Source of the DNA: Fastidiosibacter lacustris
Lineage (GTDB): Bacteria > Pseudomonadota > Gammaproteobacteria > Francisellales > Francisellaceae
Reading direction: 5' to 3'
Length of the DNA stretch: 32,000 nt
NCBI RefSeq assembly: GCF_003428155.1
Contig: NZ_QLIR01000003.1
Span: 30,001 to 62,000 of the forward strand
The notes beneath the pieces are model-generated. The model did no database searches. It was not told the origin of the DNA and saw nothing but the letters and a program-made list of their open reading frames with translations. Both the position numbers and the translations under genes were made by a program. Below, in pieces: positions 1 through 9,331 of the stretch. Position 1 is the stretch's first letter. Every line of letters begins with the position of its first letter.

Positions 1-2
1 AT

Positions 3-1562
3 AAAGGAATTCGTTTAGTTATTTGTACAGCAATTTTAACTGCTTGTGGTGGTAGAAGCGATACAAGCAGTGCACCAATCAAGGCAGAAATTAACCCAAG
101 CAAAAGTGTATTATTAACAACGGTTTCAGGTGGTCAGCCACTAATATTAAGAACAAATCCAAGTCATATTTTACCGTATGATCTTTTGTGGACATTAGAA
201 GGTCCGGGTAGCTTAGCTATGATTGATAGATTTAGCCCTAATGCCATCAACAATACGCATTATGGGATGGCGATTAGATATACGCCACCTGAATTTGGCG
301 TTTCAGATACAGATACAATTGCAAAAGTGACAGTATTCCATAAAAAATCAACTGATAAAGTAGGTCTTTTAGACCAGCGTAACATTGCGTCAGCAGATGC
401 TTATACCTTTGAAATTAAACTTAATCCTAAAGTGGATTCTAGTTTTTCAATGCCTTATGGTATTGCGTATGATTCTGTTTATAACAGATTATTCGTAACA
501 GATATTAAATCAGGTAATTTGCGTATTATTGATGGCAAAGGAGTTGTTACGACAGCTGATCTGAAATCTGTCAATCGTGATGGATCGTTGGTAGGATATA
601 AACTTGTTCGCCCGACTGGCATTACGGTTCACCCAAAAACCGGCAATGTTTTTATTGCTGAGTCTAACCGTAATATTGTGGAACTTTCAAAAGTGAATAA
701 AAATGACTCAAGCCAATGGATTGTTCGTACGGTTTGGCAAGAGCAAGATGAAACAATATTAGTAGAAAATATATTTGAGGACCCCAAACACTCTAATGCG
801 CGCGTAGAATATAATCCACATAATCGTCCAGCAAAAACAGGCTATACGATCGATGGTGTGGCTTTGTCTATTACTGAACAAGGTGATCAAAAAGCCAGGC
901 TGAATTTTCAATTACCTGGTGATAATAGTTTATTTTCAGCTACCTTGCTTAGCACCCTTGAAGATGCGTCATATTCGTATGATGTGTTAAGTTCAAGTTT
1001 AACAGGTAACAATGCCACTCAATATCGACCGGGATTAAAAATTGAAACATCCTTCCCTTATTACACATATTTAGTATATGAACCTTATAACAACGTAAAT
1101 TCATTCATCGGTCGCATTATTCCATGGTCAGCAACCATCAGTAATGTATTAACTCAAAATTGGTGGAGTTCAAGGGCTATCTTAAATTTGGCAGCTGGTG
1201 CTGGTGGTCCCCCATTTGCAACTATCCCAACGGTTGCTTTAAATAACCCTACTATCCAAGCCTATAATAATACAGGTGTTCATATTGGGATTGGCTCGAG
1301 TGGGAATTCATGGAAAAGTGACTTGGATATTAGAATTCATAGCGCAATGATAAAACGTAAAGATGAGAAAGCTTTAAGATACGTCTTTAGTCGTGCTTTT
1401 GGTCAGATCACTTTTGATCAAGATGGTCATTTATATCTAGCAGACACCATGAATAATCGTATTGCGAAATTATCACAAAATGATGAAGGTATATGGCAGA
1501 TGTCTGTAATTGCAGGGGGGGGGAGCGGACAGTGGTCATCGTTCAGGGTTTGTGGACGGTGA
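3..1562 (+). CDS. NHL-repeat (beta-propeller) lipoprotein, 5' end outside the window; truncated by a frameshift at the poly-G tract
   Basis: Frame is open from the left edge (KGIRLVICTAILTACGGRSDTSS...), with lipobox LTAC|GG (Cys codon 45-47), so the ORF-track start at 186 is internal. NHL-like units: PTGITVHPKTGNVFIAESNRNIVELSK, GQITFDQDGHLYLADTMNNRIAKLSQ. It ends soon after the G9 tract in an unrelated tail (SGQWSSFRVCGR*). Confidence 0.75.
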   Translation, partial: KGIRLVICTAILTACGGRSDTSSAPIKAEINPSKSVLLTTVSGGQPLILRTNPSHILPYDLLWTLEGPGSLAMIDRFSPNAINNTHYGMAIRYTPPEFGVSDTDTIAKVTVFHKKSTDKVGLLDQRNIASADAYTFEIKLNPKVDSSFSMPYGIAYDSVYNRLFVTDIKSGNLRIIDGKGVVTTADLKSVNRDGSLVGYKLVRPTGITVHPKTGNVFIAESNRNIVELSKVNKNDSSQWIVRTVWQEQDETILVENIFEDPKHSNARVEYNPHNRPAKTGYTIDGVALSITEQGDQKARLNFQLPGDNSLFSATLLSTLEDASYSYDVLSSSLTGNNATQYRPGLKIETSFPYYTYLVYEPYNNVNSFIGRIIPWSATISNVLTQNWWSSRAILNLAAGAGGPPFATIPTVALNNPTIQAYNNTGVHIGIGSSGNSWKSDLDIRIHSAMIKRKDEKALRYVFSRAFGQITFDQDGHLYLADTMNNRIAKLSQNDEGIWQMSVIAGGGSGQWSSFRVCGR

Positions 1563-2184
1563 TGCACTGACTGCAAGGTTTAACCAGCCATCAGGTATTG
1601 CTGTTGATTATAGTGGTAATATTTTTATTGCTGATACCAATAATCATGCAATCCGTTTAATCACAACAAAAGACGAGAGTGTAATGGTGAAAACAATTGC
1701 AGGCAAAGGAGCAAATAATAATTGCACGCGTAATTTTAATGGCTCTGGCGATTGTGATGGAGATGAATCAACAGCAACGGCATTTAGTTATCCTACTCAA
1801 TTGTCGTGGGATGATGATACTAATCATTTATGGGTTACAGATAGTGGTAACCATAAATTGCGGAAAATAACAAATATCAATCAGAACAAAGAAGCTGATC
1901 AAGCTAATTCTGTCAATGAGGTGACTAGTGCTATAGGTCAGGGATCATCTCAGCCAGGTTGCATAGACGGTTTTGGTTCAAATAATTCTGAAAGTCAGCA
2001 AATTGCTACTTTGAATCGACCCACTGGTATAGTGAGTGCAGGCGATGGCAGAGTGTTTATAACGGATATGAATAGTGGGGTTATCAGAAAAGTGATTTCT
2101 GGAGACAAAGACAGATTGATCACCATTGCAGGGAAATGTGACAGCGATACTGCTGATAAAGATGGCGTGGCAGTAGGGTTTTAA
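1510..2184 (+). CDS. C-terminal continuation of the NHL-repeat lipoprotein in the +1 frame
   Basis: Continues the NHL pattern right after the G tract: SGFVDGDALTARFNQPSGIAVDYSGNIFIADTNNHAIRLITT; PTQLSWDDDTNHLWVTDSGNHKLRKITN; PTGIVSAGDGRVFITDMNSGVIRKVIS. Likely not an independent gene. Confidence 0.7.
   Translation: MQGGGADSGHRSGFVDGDALTARFNQPSGIAVDYSGNIFIADTNNHAIRLITTKDESVMVKTIAGKGANNNCTRNFNGSGDCDGDESTATAFSYPTQLSWDDDTNHLWVTDSGNHKLRKITNINQNKEADQANSVNEVTSAIGQGSSQPGCIDGFGSNNSESQQIATLNRPTGIVSAGDGRVFITDMNSGVIRKVISGDKDRLITIAGKCDSDTADKDGVAVGF
1515..1523 (+). repeat. Mononucleotide tract G9 inside the NHL-repeat gene
   Basis: Sequence tgca-ggggggggg-agcgg. Removing one G fuses the two ORFs in frame (...SVIAGGGADSGHRSGFVDGDALTARF...). 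Confidence 0.9.
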
Positions 2185-2216
2185 GACTGGTGTTAATTTA
2201 TAATAAAGGAAAGACA

Positions 2217-5200
2217 ATGCGTCAAAATTATAAAAGAAAAGTATTACCATTAATTTGTTTGTTCAGTTGTGGTTCACTTTTTTTAACTGCTTGTGGTGGT
2301 AACTCAGGTAATGCCGCAAATGAAGGGTCAGAGCCAATATATAATATTGCTGCAAATATAGATATCCCTGAATATATTTGGTTAACTGAGGCGAAACAGT
2401 TTGCAATTTCTCTAAGTAGTATTGGTGGTTTGAGAATTGGTAGTAATGAGAACAATACTCGAACTGTTGAAATAAGGGATGTATCTAATTGTGAACAAAA
2501 ACTCACGATTAATCCTAATGTCTTGGATCTTGTAGTTGGTTCTCAACAGAAGAAAGTATTTGAGATTTTTCCTTCTAACACAAATTGTGTGCATGAGTTA
2601 CAGTTTGAGGCGGCTGGATTAAAAACGCTTAAATATAAAGTAATAAGCCCTGCATCAAAAGAACGTGTAATTGTAAAACTTATTAATGAAGTTGGAAACG
2701 AAGTAAAAGCTGTTAATCCAGGAGATTCTGTACGTATTCAGTTTTCTTATCCGTTTGCTGAGTGGTTAAATGATAGTAGTGTTAGTTTTATTCAAACTTA
2801 TCAGGTATTTGCAAGCACAGATAAAATAGTGTTAGGTGATCAAGGACAATGTAGCCTAAATTTGAATCAACAAAATGTGTTGTGTGAAGTTAGGGCAGAT
2901 ATCAGTACCGATATCAGGTCGGGTCAATATTTTTTTACGTTTGAAAACATAGGAGATAACTTTGTTGTTGAGCTCAGTAGTGATCGCCTTAGTATTGATG
3001 TTATTGATACAACATTAAAAAAGAAGATGATTTTTCATGATTCGATTGCGCCAATACAAAATTTGGAAGGTGATTTTGCAGGGGAGGTAAGTTTTAATCA
3101 ATCACATTTAGTCTATCCACAGGCAACAAAATTTGATAGACCTATTCTAATTGCAAATAGGGGAGCATTGTTAATGTTCCGACCAGTTGATCAAAATCGA
3201 AATTATACTTATAAGGTCTTTATTAATGGATTTGAAGCAAAGTTAAACACACCGGATGAGTTTTATACAACGGATCAGCCTCTGTATATGAATGGACCAA
3301 ATTTAATCTATAGCAATTCAACTTGGTCAATTTATATCCCTGCTGAATATATACATGGTTTTCCAAAAGTACGCATTGTTAGAAGTGATGCTAAGGAAGC
3401 GCAAACACAAACTCTGGATATCTCTGCACCAATGGAGCAGGTATTAATCAATATTGAAATTGGTATGTTGACGCCTCCTAAAAAAATAAATACATGGATC
3501 CAAGATCCAGCCAGAATGGGAATTGATTTTTTTCAAAAAACGCTAATATCAAAACTGACTATTTCCGAGTACGAACCTGTCTTTTGGAAAAAAATAACCA
3601 TGCCAGATGGGAAAATATATACTGAGCAGAGTAATGATACTGGTGGTGTGTATAGTGGAGATTTAAGAGAAAATATTGGTAAATCACTGATCTCAACAGG
3701 TATACGAATGGCAAATATTGGGATTAATGATACAGCTGGGAGCTCTCAAGAATCGTCTTCTAGATTTAAACAAACAGTTGTTCATACAAGTGTTGGCAAG
3801 TATCAAAATGGTGTGGTAGTACATGGTTTATCAGGTGGAGGAGGACAGCTTACCCTTGATTCTACTGTTGGTAATCAATTTACTCATGAGCTAGGGCACG
3901 ATTATGGACTAGGCCATTATCCAGGTGGTCTTCAATCTATACAAAGCACTGAAGCAGGCTGGGGTTATGATTCTTTCAGAAAGAAAATGTTGACAAATTT
4001 GATTTGGACTAGCAAAGGATCAGCTTGTATTCCAAATTATCAACCATGTACATTACCTTTTGAAGGATTGTATCAATTTAATACAGACGCAATGGCAGGT
4101 GGAGATATTTCTGGTGGTATTTCCTTATTTACTCAATATACGCCTTATTCGGCAAAGATTATCCAGGGCGAGTTACAAAAAAGACATGTTCTAGATGAAA
4201 ATAGTCCATCTGTTTACCTATTATGGAACAAAGAAACCAGGATGATGGAACAAGCACCACATTCGATCTATGTAAAACCAGAAAAAATTGGTGTAGCTGT
4301 TATGACGCTTGTTGGTTATTATGATCCGGAGGGAAAAATACAAGGTTATATTTATCCACCTATGTATGGTAATTGGGGAAACGTATTCAAGCCTAGTGCT
4401 AAGAAAACAAATTGTTCTTTAAATCTGACCACTGAGAAAGGTGAGGTTATATCCTACCCGTTATATGATAAAAGGCGAAGTGTAAAAGAAATGAATAAAT
4501 TTCATATAAATATATCAAGTGAGATTGACTATAAAAGGGTTGATCTAGAATGTAAGGATGGCGTAAGTGAATATGTTCTTAGCAAAGTAATCACAGAGTC
4601 TAAACCAAATTTACCAGATCCTGTGGTAATTAGTGATATGGGAGGATATGCAAAAGCCGCATTAAAGTTAAAAGATATTGATGATTATTTTAAAAATGAT
4701 AAGTTCTATGATCTAGAAGAGTTTGAATGGAAATTAGAAAATATTTATGGTCAGTTACATTCCTATGTTGGTGAAGAATATATTGAGGCTGGTCGTTTAT
4801 ATAAAGGTCATAATAATCGTTATTATCAATCTTTAAAATCTGGTATTTTACCTTATCCAAACGCCCAGTCTGATGCTTGGCGATATTTAGGTACAAGTGA
4901 TAATAGCCTTATAATTGTTGATGATATAGTAGTTAAGCTTGGGGTGGAGACTAAAAATTTTTCTCATGAAGCGTCTAATAGTAGCGTCTATTTTTACATT
5001 CCGGTGGATCGCATAAACGTTTTGTATTCAGAGTCAGCAGTGAAAGAGGATGGGGGATGGAATATTGGTAATGGGTATACAAAAATTATTGTTAAAGCAT
5101 TTAATAAAAGTGATGGCAATTTTTATCATGTCACATTGCGTGGGAATAAAAAACACTATTATGGAAAGTTTGATAAAAAATTAAACGAAGGTTTGCAGTC

Positions 5201-5357
5201 AGGGTATGGAGCTGCAAAAATTTACTTTGATATAAACGATAATATTGAGTTACCAAAAGGAAGTTATAAAGTTGAATTTTATATGGTTGCTCAAGGTTGG
5301 CATGATGGGAGCTTTCAAAGAAAACTAAAAGTTGAAGACGAGTTCTTAGTCAATTAA
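2217..5357 (+). CDS. M66-family (StcE/TagA-like) zinc metallopeptidase lipoprotein
   Basis: Likely start ATG 2217 with aaagga upstream (the track start at 2190 is further upstream). Lipobox FLTAC|GG. HExxHxxGxxH motif HELGHDYGLGHYPGG at 3885-3917 in the context VHGLSGGGGQLTLDSTVGNQFTHELGH, typical of StcE/TagA enzymes. Confidence 0.88.
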   Translation: MRQNYKRKVLPLICLFSCGSLFLTACGGNSGNAANEGSEPIYNIAANIDIPEYIWLTEAKQFAISLSSIGGLRIGSNENNTRTVEIRDVSNCEQKLTINPNVLDLVVGSQQKKVFEIFPSNTNCVHELQFEAAGLKTLKYKVISPASKERVIVKLINEVGNEVKAVNPGDSVRIQFSYPFAEWLNDSSVSFIQTYQVFASTDKIVLGDQGQCSLNLNQQNVLCEVRADISTDIRSGQYFFTFENIGDNFVVELSSDRLSIDVIDTTLKKKMIFHDSIAPIQNLEGDFAGEVSFNQSHLVYPQATKFDRPILIANRGALLMFRPVDQNRNYTYKVFINGFEAKLNTPDEFYTTDQPLYMNGPNLIYSNSTWSIYIPAEYIHGFPKVRIVRSDAKEAQTQTLDISAPMEQVLINIEIGMLTPPKKINTWIQDPARMGIDFFQKTLISKLTISEYEPVFWKKITMPDGKIYTEQSNDTGGVYSGDLRENIGKSLISTGIRMANIGINDTAGSSQESSSRFKQTVVHTSVGKYQNGVVVHGLSGGGGQLTLDSTVGNQFTHELGHDYGLGHYPGGLQSIQSTEAGWGYDSFRKKMLTNLIWTSKGSACIPNYQPCTLPFEGLYQFNTDAMAGGDISGGISLFTQYTPYSAKIIQGELQKRHVLDENSPSVYLLWNKETRMMEQAPHSIYVKPEKIGVAVMTLVGYYDPEGKIQGYIYPPMYGNWGNVFKPSAKKTNCSLNLTTEKGEVISYPLYDKRRSVKEMNKFHINISSEIDYKRVDLECKDGVSEYVLSKVITESKPNLPDPVVISDMGGYAKAALKLKDIDDYFKNDKFYDLEEFEWKLENIYGQLHSYVGEEYIEAGRLYKGHNNRYYQSLKSGILPYPNAQSDAWRYLGTSDNSLIIVDDIVVKLGVETKNFSHEASNSSVYFYIPVDRINVLYSESAVKEDGGWNIGNGYTKIIVKAFNKSDGNFYHVTLRGNKKHYYGKFDKKLNEGLQSGYGAAKIYFDINDNIELPKGSYKVEFYMVAQGWHDGSFQRKLKVEDEFLVN

Positions 5358-6080
5358 AAACTGAACGCTTTTGAACCTATAAACGTCAAACAAATTTTCT
5401 TTATTTGGGATGATTTTGTAAGAAGTGGAATGGGTAAATTGTTTGAAAATATACAAGCAGATCAACCTGTAAACGTATAACAATAGAGTCGTTGAGATCT
5501 ATAAAGGCAGAATTATTCCTGTGAGTAGAGTGATAACTTTTGGTCCAAAATAAAGGTTTGTAGGGGGAGGATGTTTGTCGTTTTCTGCTATGTCTGATAT
5601 GGTCAATAAGTAGTGTAGCTAATTCAAGTAGCATTTATTTATAACAGGTCGTATGATAAGCAGAAATACGACATCCATTAAAATGATAGCTTTCGATTTC
5701 AGTTTAACTTATGCGGGCTTGTGATCAATAATATTTTGACTGATTCTTGGTTTGAACGTCTAAACATTAAATAACTACCTAATTTTTACCTTAGTTTATG
5801 CTTTGTTTTTTGTTTAAAAATAAACCTTAAAATATCGTTAAAATAAGTTTTTAATTAAAAGACCGTACTTTTTTTGATATTTATACGGTTATAAAAAAAT
5901 TAAATTGTATTTATAATTGGCAATCTATGACATTAAGTAACGTGTTGTTATGATTGTTATTTATTTAGTCTGTCTAAAGGCATAAAACAGTTCAAATGTG
6001 GTTTGAAAAGCTGAATAACATGGGGTAGAAGGGGGATATTAATTTGTTAATACAAATATCAGGGTCAAATTTAAGGGTAA

Positions 6081-7199
6081 ATGAATATGTATAAGGTAAT
6101 CACATCGGTCTCCTTGCTAGGTTTAATACTTAGCGGTTGTGCAATAGTTGACAATAAAGACGTCAATAAAAATAATAGTGAGCTACATAAAAGCGAACAA
6201 ATTTCAAAATGCTTGAATGATTTTGGCAATGACAATTCGAATTGTGTTATTGAAACACAAGCTGATTTGTTGCTACAGGAAGATTATTCTTTCTCTAATC
6301 AGATAAGCACAGAGCAAGCCATTGATACTAAGCTTAATGACCAGTCACAAGAGATTACAAGAGAAACGACTAATATCTCTGTAGTAAATATTGTAAATTA
6401 TACACTTGTAATTTCACCTTTTCTCTCTGATGAGTTGAGTAATACAGTAACAATTATATACGATCAACTTGGTTTAAGTTTATCTTTTATAGATGAAATG
6501 AAACAACGCGGACTCGAGATTTATACTAATCCGAATACATTGAAATTAGGGATTGCTGAAACAAAGGGTATCGCTCAAAAAATTTCAAGTGAAAATATTG
6601 TTTTGTATACATTAAAAAACGAAAGCTTGAGCGCTCTTAGTGATGACTATATTGTCTCTACAAAACTGCCCGTCGACCAAATCGAGAAGTTGGTTTTAGT
6701 TTATAAAGTAGCGAATAAAACAGCTGAATTACCAAGAGAAACAAAAGATGATGCTATAGTAGGTATCGAAAATTATACACTTGCCATTTCACCTTTTGCC
6801 TCTAGGGAGTCAAACAGCATGATAAGGACTGTATATGATCAACGTGGCTTAAGTTTGGCATTTATAAATGAAATGAACCAACATGGCTTTGAAGTTGCTC
6901 GTAATTCCAATACGCTGAAATTAGGGGTAGCTGAAACAAAAGATCTCGCTCAAAAAATTGCAAGTGAATATATTGTTTTGTATACATTAGAAAATGAAAA
7001 AATAAACACTGTGCTGAGGAGATGGAGTGAGCAAACCAAGGTTAAGCTTAAATTAGTTGATATCCCTGAAAAATTCTTGAATCAAACTGTTCATGAAAAT
7101 GAAGTATATGGTAGTGGCATTGTGGATGTAAACGTTTTGAATTCAATTGGTCTTTTATTTAATAAAGTTTTTAGCATACGGGAGTATCAAGGTGATTAA
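6081..7199 (+). CDS. Lipoprotein with two direct ~80-aa repeats; possible PilL/TcpQ-like component of the type IVb pilus operon
   Basis: Lipobox LILSGC. First gene of the pilus gene string. Its C-terminus (INTVLRRWSEQTKVKLKLVDIPEKF...) resembles the TcpQ-like part of the next protein (TLRQALNRWAEMNGYTVVYQTDIDF...). Confidence 0.6.
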   Translation: MNMYKVITSVSLLGLILSGCAIVDNKDVNKNNSELHKSEQISKCLNDFGNDNSNCVIETQADLLLQEDYSFSNQISTEQAIDTKLNDQSQEITRETTNISVVNIVNYTLVISPFLSDELSNTVTIIYDQLGLSLSFIDEMKQRGLEIYTNPNTLKLGIAETKGIAQKISSENIVLYTLKNESLSALSDDYIVSTKLPVDQIEKLVLVYKVANKTAELPRETKDDAIVGIENYTLAISPFASRESNSMIRTVYDQRGLSLAFINEMNQHGFEVARNSNTLKLGVAETKDLAQKIASEYIVLYTLENEKINTVLRRWSEQTKVKLKLVDIPEKFLNQTVHENEVYGSGIVDVNVLNSIGLLFNKVFSIREYQGD

Positions 7200-7695
7200 A
7201 CATATTAGTGTTTCTATGCTTTTATTAGCATCTTTAAAAATAAGTTTTGCGCAGGGCGAATTGACTGTTCAATTTTCGCCTTCTTTAAGTGAGGAGATAA
7301 AGCGTAAAAATGTGCACGATGTCACTCAGGTTTATACGATAGTGAATCCTGAGCAAAACTTAATAGTATATGGTAAGGATGAACAAATTCAAAAATTAGC
7401 AACAAAAGAAGCAGAGCTTTACGTCTTACATAAAGGTGAAACTTTGCGCCAGGCTTTGAATCGTTGGGCAGAAATGAATGGTTACACAGTTGTATATCAA
7501 ACAGATATTGATTTCACAATTAGCCAAACAACCGAGATCTATGCCAACTTTTTAGAAAAAGGTGGTGCTTTAGAGCAAGTGCTTGAGTCTTTAAGTAAAT
7601 CATCACATCCTCTACAAGTAGAGGTAATGTCAAACAAAGTGTTGGTTGTGAAGTCATCACATTATTCCCCTAGCTTATTAATACCACACGCGTAG
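7192..7695 (+). CDS. pilL: PilL/TcpQ-domain type IVb pilus biogenesis protein
   Basis: GTG start at 7192 gives signal peptide VIKHISVSMLLLASLKISFAQG; gggag is upstream and the start overlaps the previous stop. GETLRQALNRWAEMNGYTVVYQTDIDFTI resembles the TcpQ domain. It lies just upstream of the secretin. Confidence 0.65.
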   Translation: MIKHISVSMLLLASLKISFAQGELTVQFSPSLSEEIKRKNVHDVTQVYTIVNPEQNLIVYGKDEQIQKLATKEAELYVLHKGETLRQALNRWAEMNGYTVVYQTDIDFTISQTTEIYANFLEKGGALEQVLESLSKSSHPLQVEVMSNKVLVVKSSHYSPSLLIPHA

Positions 7696-7707
7696 AAGGA
7701 AAGTTAA

Positions 7708-9330
7708 ATGTTGTTTATGAATATTTTAAGTAAATCGATAAATGGTGGAAAAAAATTAACTCTTTTATCATTTGGTGTTTTAGCAGCAGGTTGTGCAAAT
7801 ATGCAAGAAACAACTGAGATTGCTAATCAAAACTTTAAAAAGACACAAACGTTATCAGATGCAAGCAATTTACAAACTACCAATCCTTTTATCCAATACA
7901 ACGATAAAATTTTTATTGCAGATCAGGGCTATAAAATAGTCCCTGAAACTATGAATTTACCCGATATTTTTAATCAAAATTTCGTTTTTAGCTCAAATCT
8001 TCCGTTAACCTTAGATGTCATTGTTAATGATATTATGGAACAAACAAATTTGACGATCAGAATATCTGATGATGCTATCAAATATATGACTGAAAGAGGT
8101 AAAGATTTGGAAGGTAATCAAACTAATCTTCAGTCCATGCCATATGGATCTGGAATACCTGTTGTATCTAAAAATAAACTCATGAAGACGCCAAGCTTTT
8201 ATTTCACTGGGGAGTTTAAAGAGTTATTAAATAGAATTTCTTCATATTTTGGACTTTGGTGGGTATATAATTCAAAGGACAATACAATCAATATTTATCG
8301 TTATGAATCTAAGACTTTCACGATGGATATGTTGCTTGGATATGGACGTACAAAAAAGACAATTAAAAACACGAGTCAAACTGATAATTTAATGCCACAA
8401 AGTGTTGAGGTAACTTACGATTCTGGGGAGGAAAATCGTTGGGATAGTGCTATTAAAGCGATTCAAGTTATTATTGGTTCAGATGGAAGTGCTGAGTTAT
8501 CCTCTTCCAATGGTTACATCACAGTAAAAACTACTCCAAGGCTTATGAGATTCGTTGAGGAATATATTGAAGAATTGAACCGTAAAGCGCGTCAAAGAAT
8601 TGCAATTAAAGTAGATATTTATGATGTGCAACAAAAAGCAGACTCCAATTATGGATTGAATTGGGATGTGGTCTATGAAACAACAAAGGGCTCGTTAAAT
8701 TGGGATACAACAGGGATTCCAATTGCTTTGGGAAATAGCGATATTAAGCTTGGCACTGTAACAGGCAGTATTGGTTCAGGTCCTTTTAAAGGGACAAAAG
8801 CAATTCTGTCAGCTTTACAACAAGTTGGCAAAACGACTTATGTCAAGGGACAAACTGCTTATACAGTCAATGGTAATCCTACAGCGCTTAATATAGGTCA
8901 ATCTGTTGGATATGTTAAAGAAAGAAAGGTTACATCAACCTCAAACACAGGTACTACTGAAGTATCCCTAACGCCAGGGACAATTAATACAGGTTTTTAC
9001 CTTACATTTAATCCTAAAATAATTAAAGGTAATGAGGTTCTGCTTGATTTTACAGTAGACATGTCTTCCTTGATAGAAATTCGTCGTGCATCTGCAGGTG
9101 ACAGCTCAATTGAACTGCCGTCGGTTGAATCAAAGACATTTATGCAAGCACTGCCACTTGTCTCAGGTCAGTCATTTATATTGGCTGGGTTTAAAGATGA
9201 AGCGAATCAATACCGTACAAATTCGCTTGCAGGCGAAGATGTGTGGGCATTAGGTGGAAGTAAAGGGACTCAAAAAGCACATACTATGACCGTAATTATA
9301 GTAACGCCTTATATCATTGGAAGTAATTAA
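7708..9330 (+). CDS. pilN: PilN-like type IVb pilus outer-membrane secretin lipoprotein
   Basis: Lipobox VLAAGC; PilN-like domain (IRISDDAIKYMTERGKD); C-terminal secretin core (VDIYDVQQKADSNYGLNWDVV...LPSVESKTFMQALPLVSGQSFILAGFKDE). The initiator could be 7708 or 7717. Confidence 0.88.
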   Translation: MLFMNILSKSINGGKKLTLLSFGVLAAGCANMQETTEIANQNFKKTQTLSDASNLQTTNPFIQYNDKIFIADQGYKIVPETMNLPDIFNQNFVFSSNLPLTLDVIVNDIMEQTNLTIRISDDAIKYMTERGKDLEGNQTNLQSMPYGSGIPVVSKNKLMKTPSFYFTGEFKELLNRISSYFGLWWVYNSKDNTINIYRYESKTFTMDMLLGYGRTKKTIKNTSQTDNLMPQSVEVTYDSGEENRWDSAIKAIQVIIGSDGSAELSSSNGYITVKTTPRLMRFVEEYIEELNRKARQRIAIKVDIYDVQQKADSNYGLNWDVVYETTKGSLNWDTTGIPIALGNSDIKLGTVTGSIGSGPFKGTKAILSALQQVGKTTYVKGQTAYTVNGNPTALNIGQSVGYVKERKVTSTSNTGTTEVSLTPGTINTGFYLTFNPKIIKGNEVLLDFTVDMSSLIEIRRASAGDSSIELPSVESKTFMQALPLVSGQSFILAGFKDEANQYRTNSLAGEDVWALGGSKGTQKAHTMTVIIVTPYIIGSN

Positions 9331-9331
9331 T

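Noticed and set aside
1978-2594. Minus-strand ORFs 1978-2250, 2228-2506 and 2412-2594
   Set aside because: Antisense to the NHL and M66 genes; no recognisable domain or ribosome-binding site.
4690-4896. 68-aa minus-strand ORF inside the M66 gene
   Set aside because: Antisense to a long well-supported CDS; no features of its own.
5401-5634. 77-aa minus-strand ORF in the gap upstream of the pilus operon
   Set aside because: Low-complexity, AT-driven translation without a recognised motif; cannot be supported as a gene.
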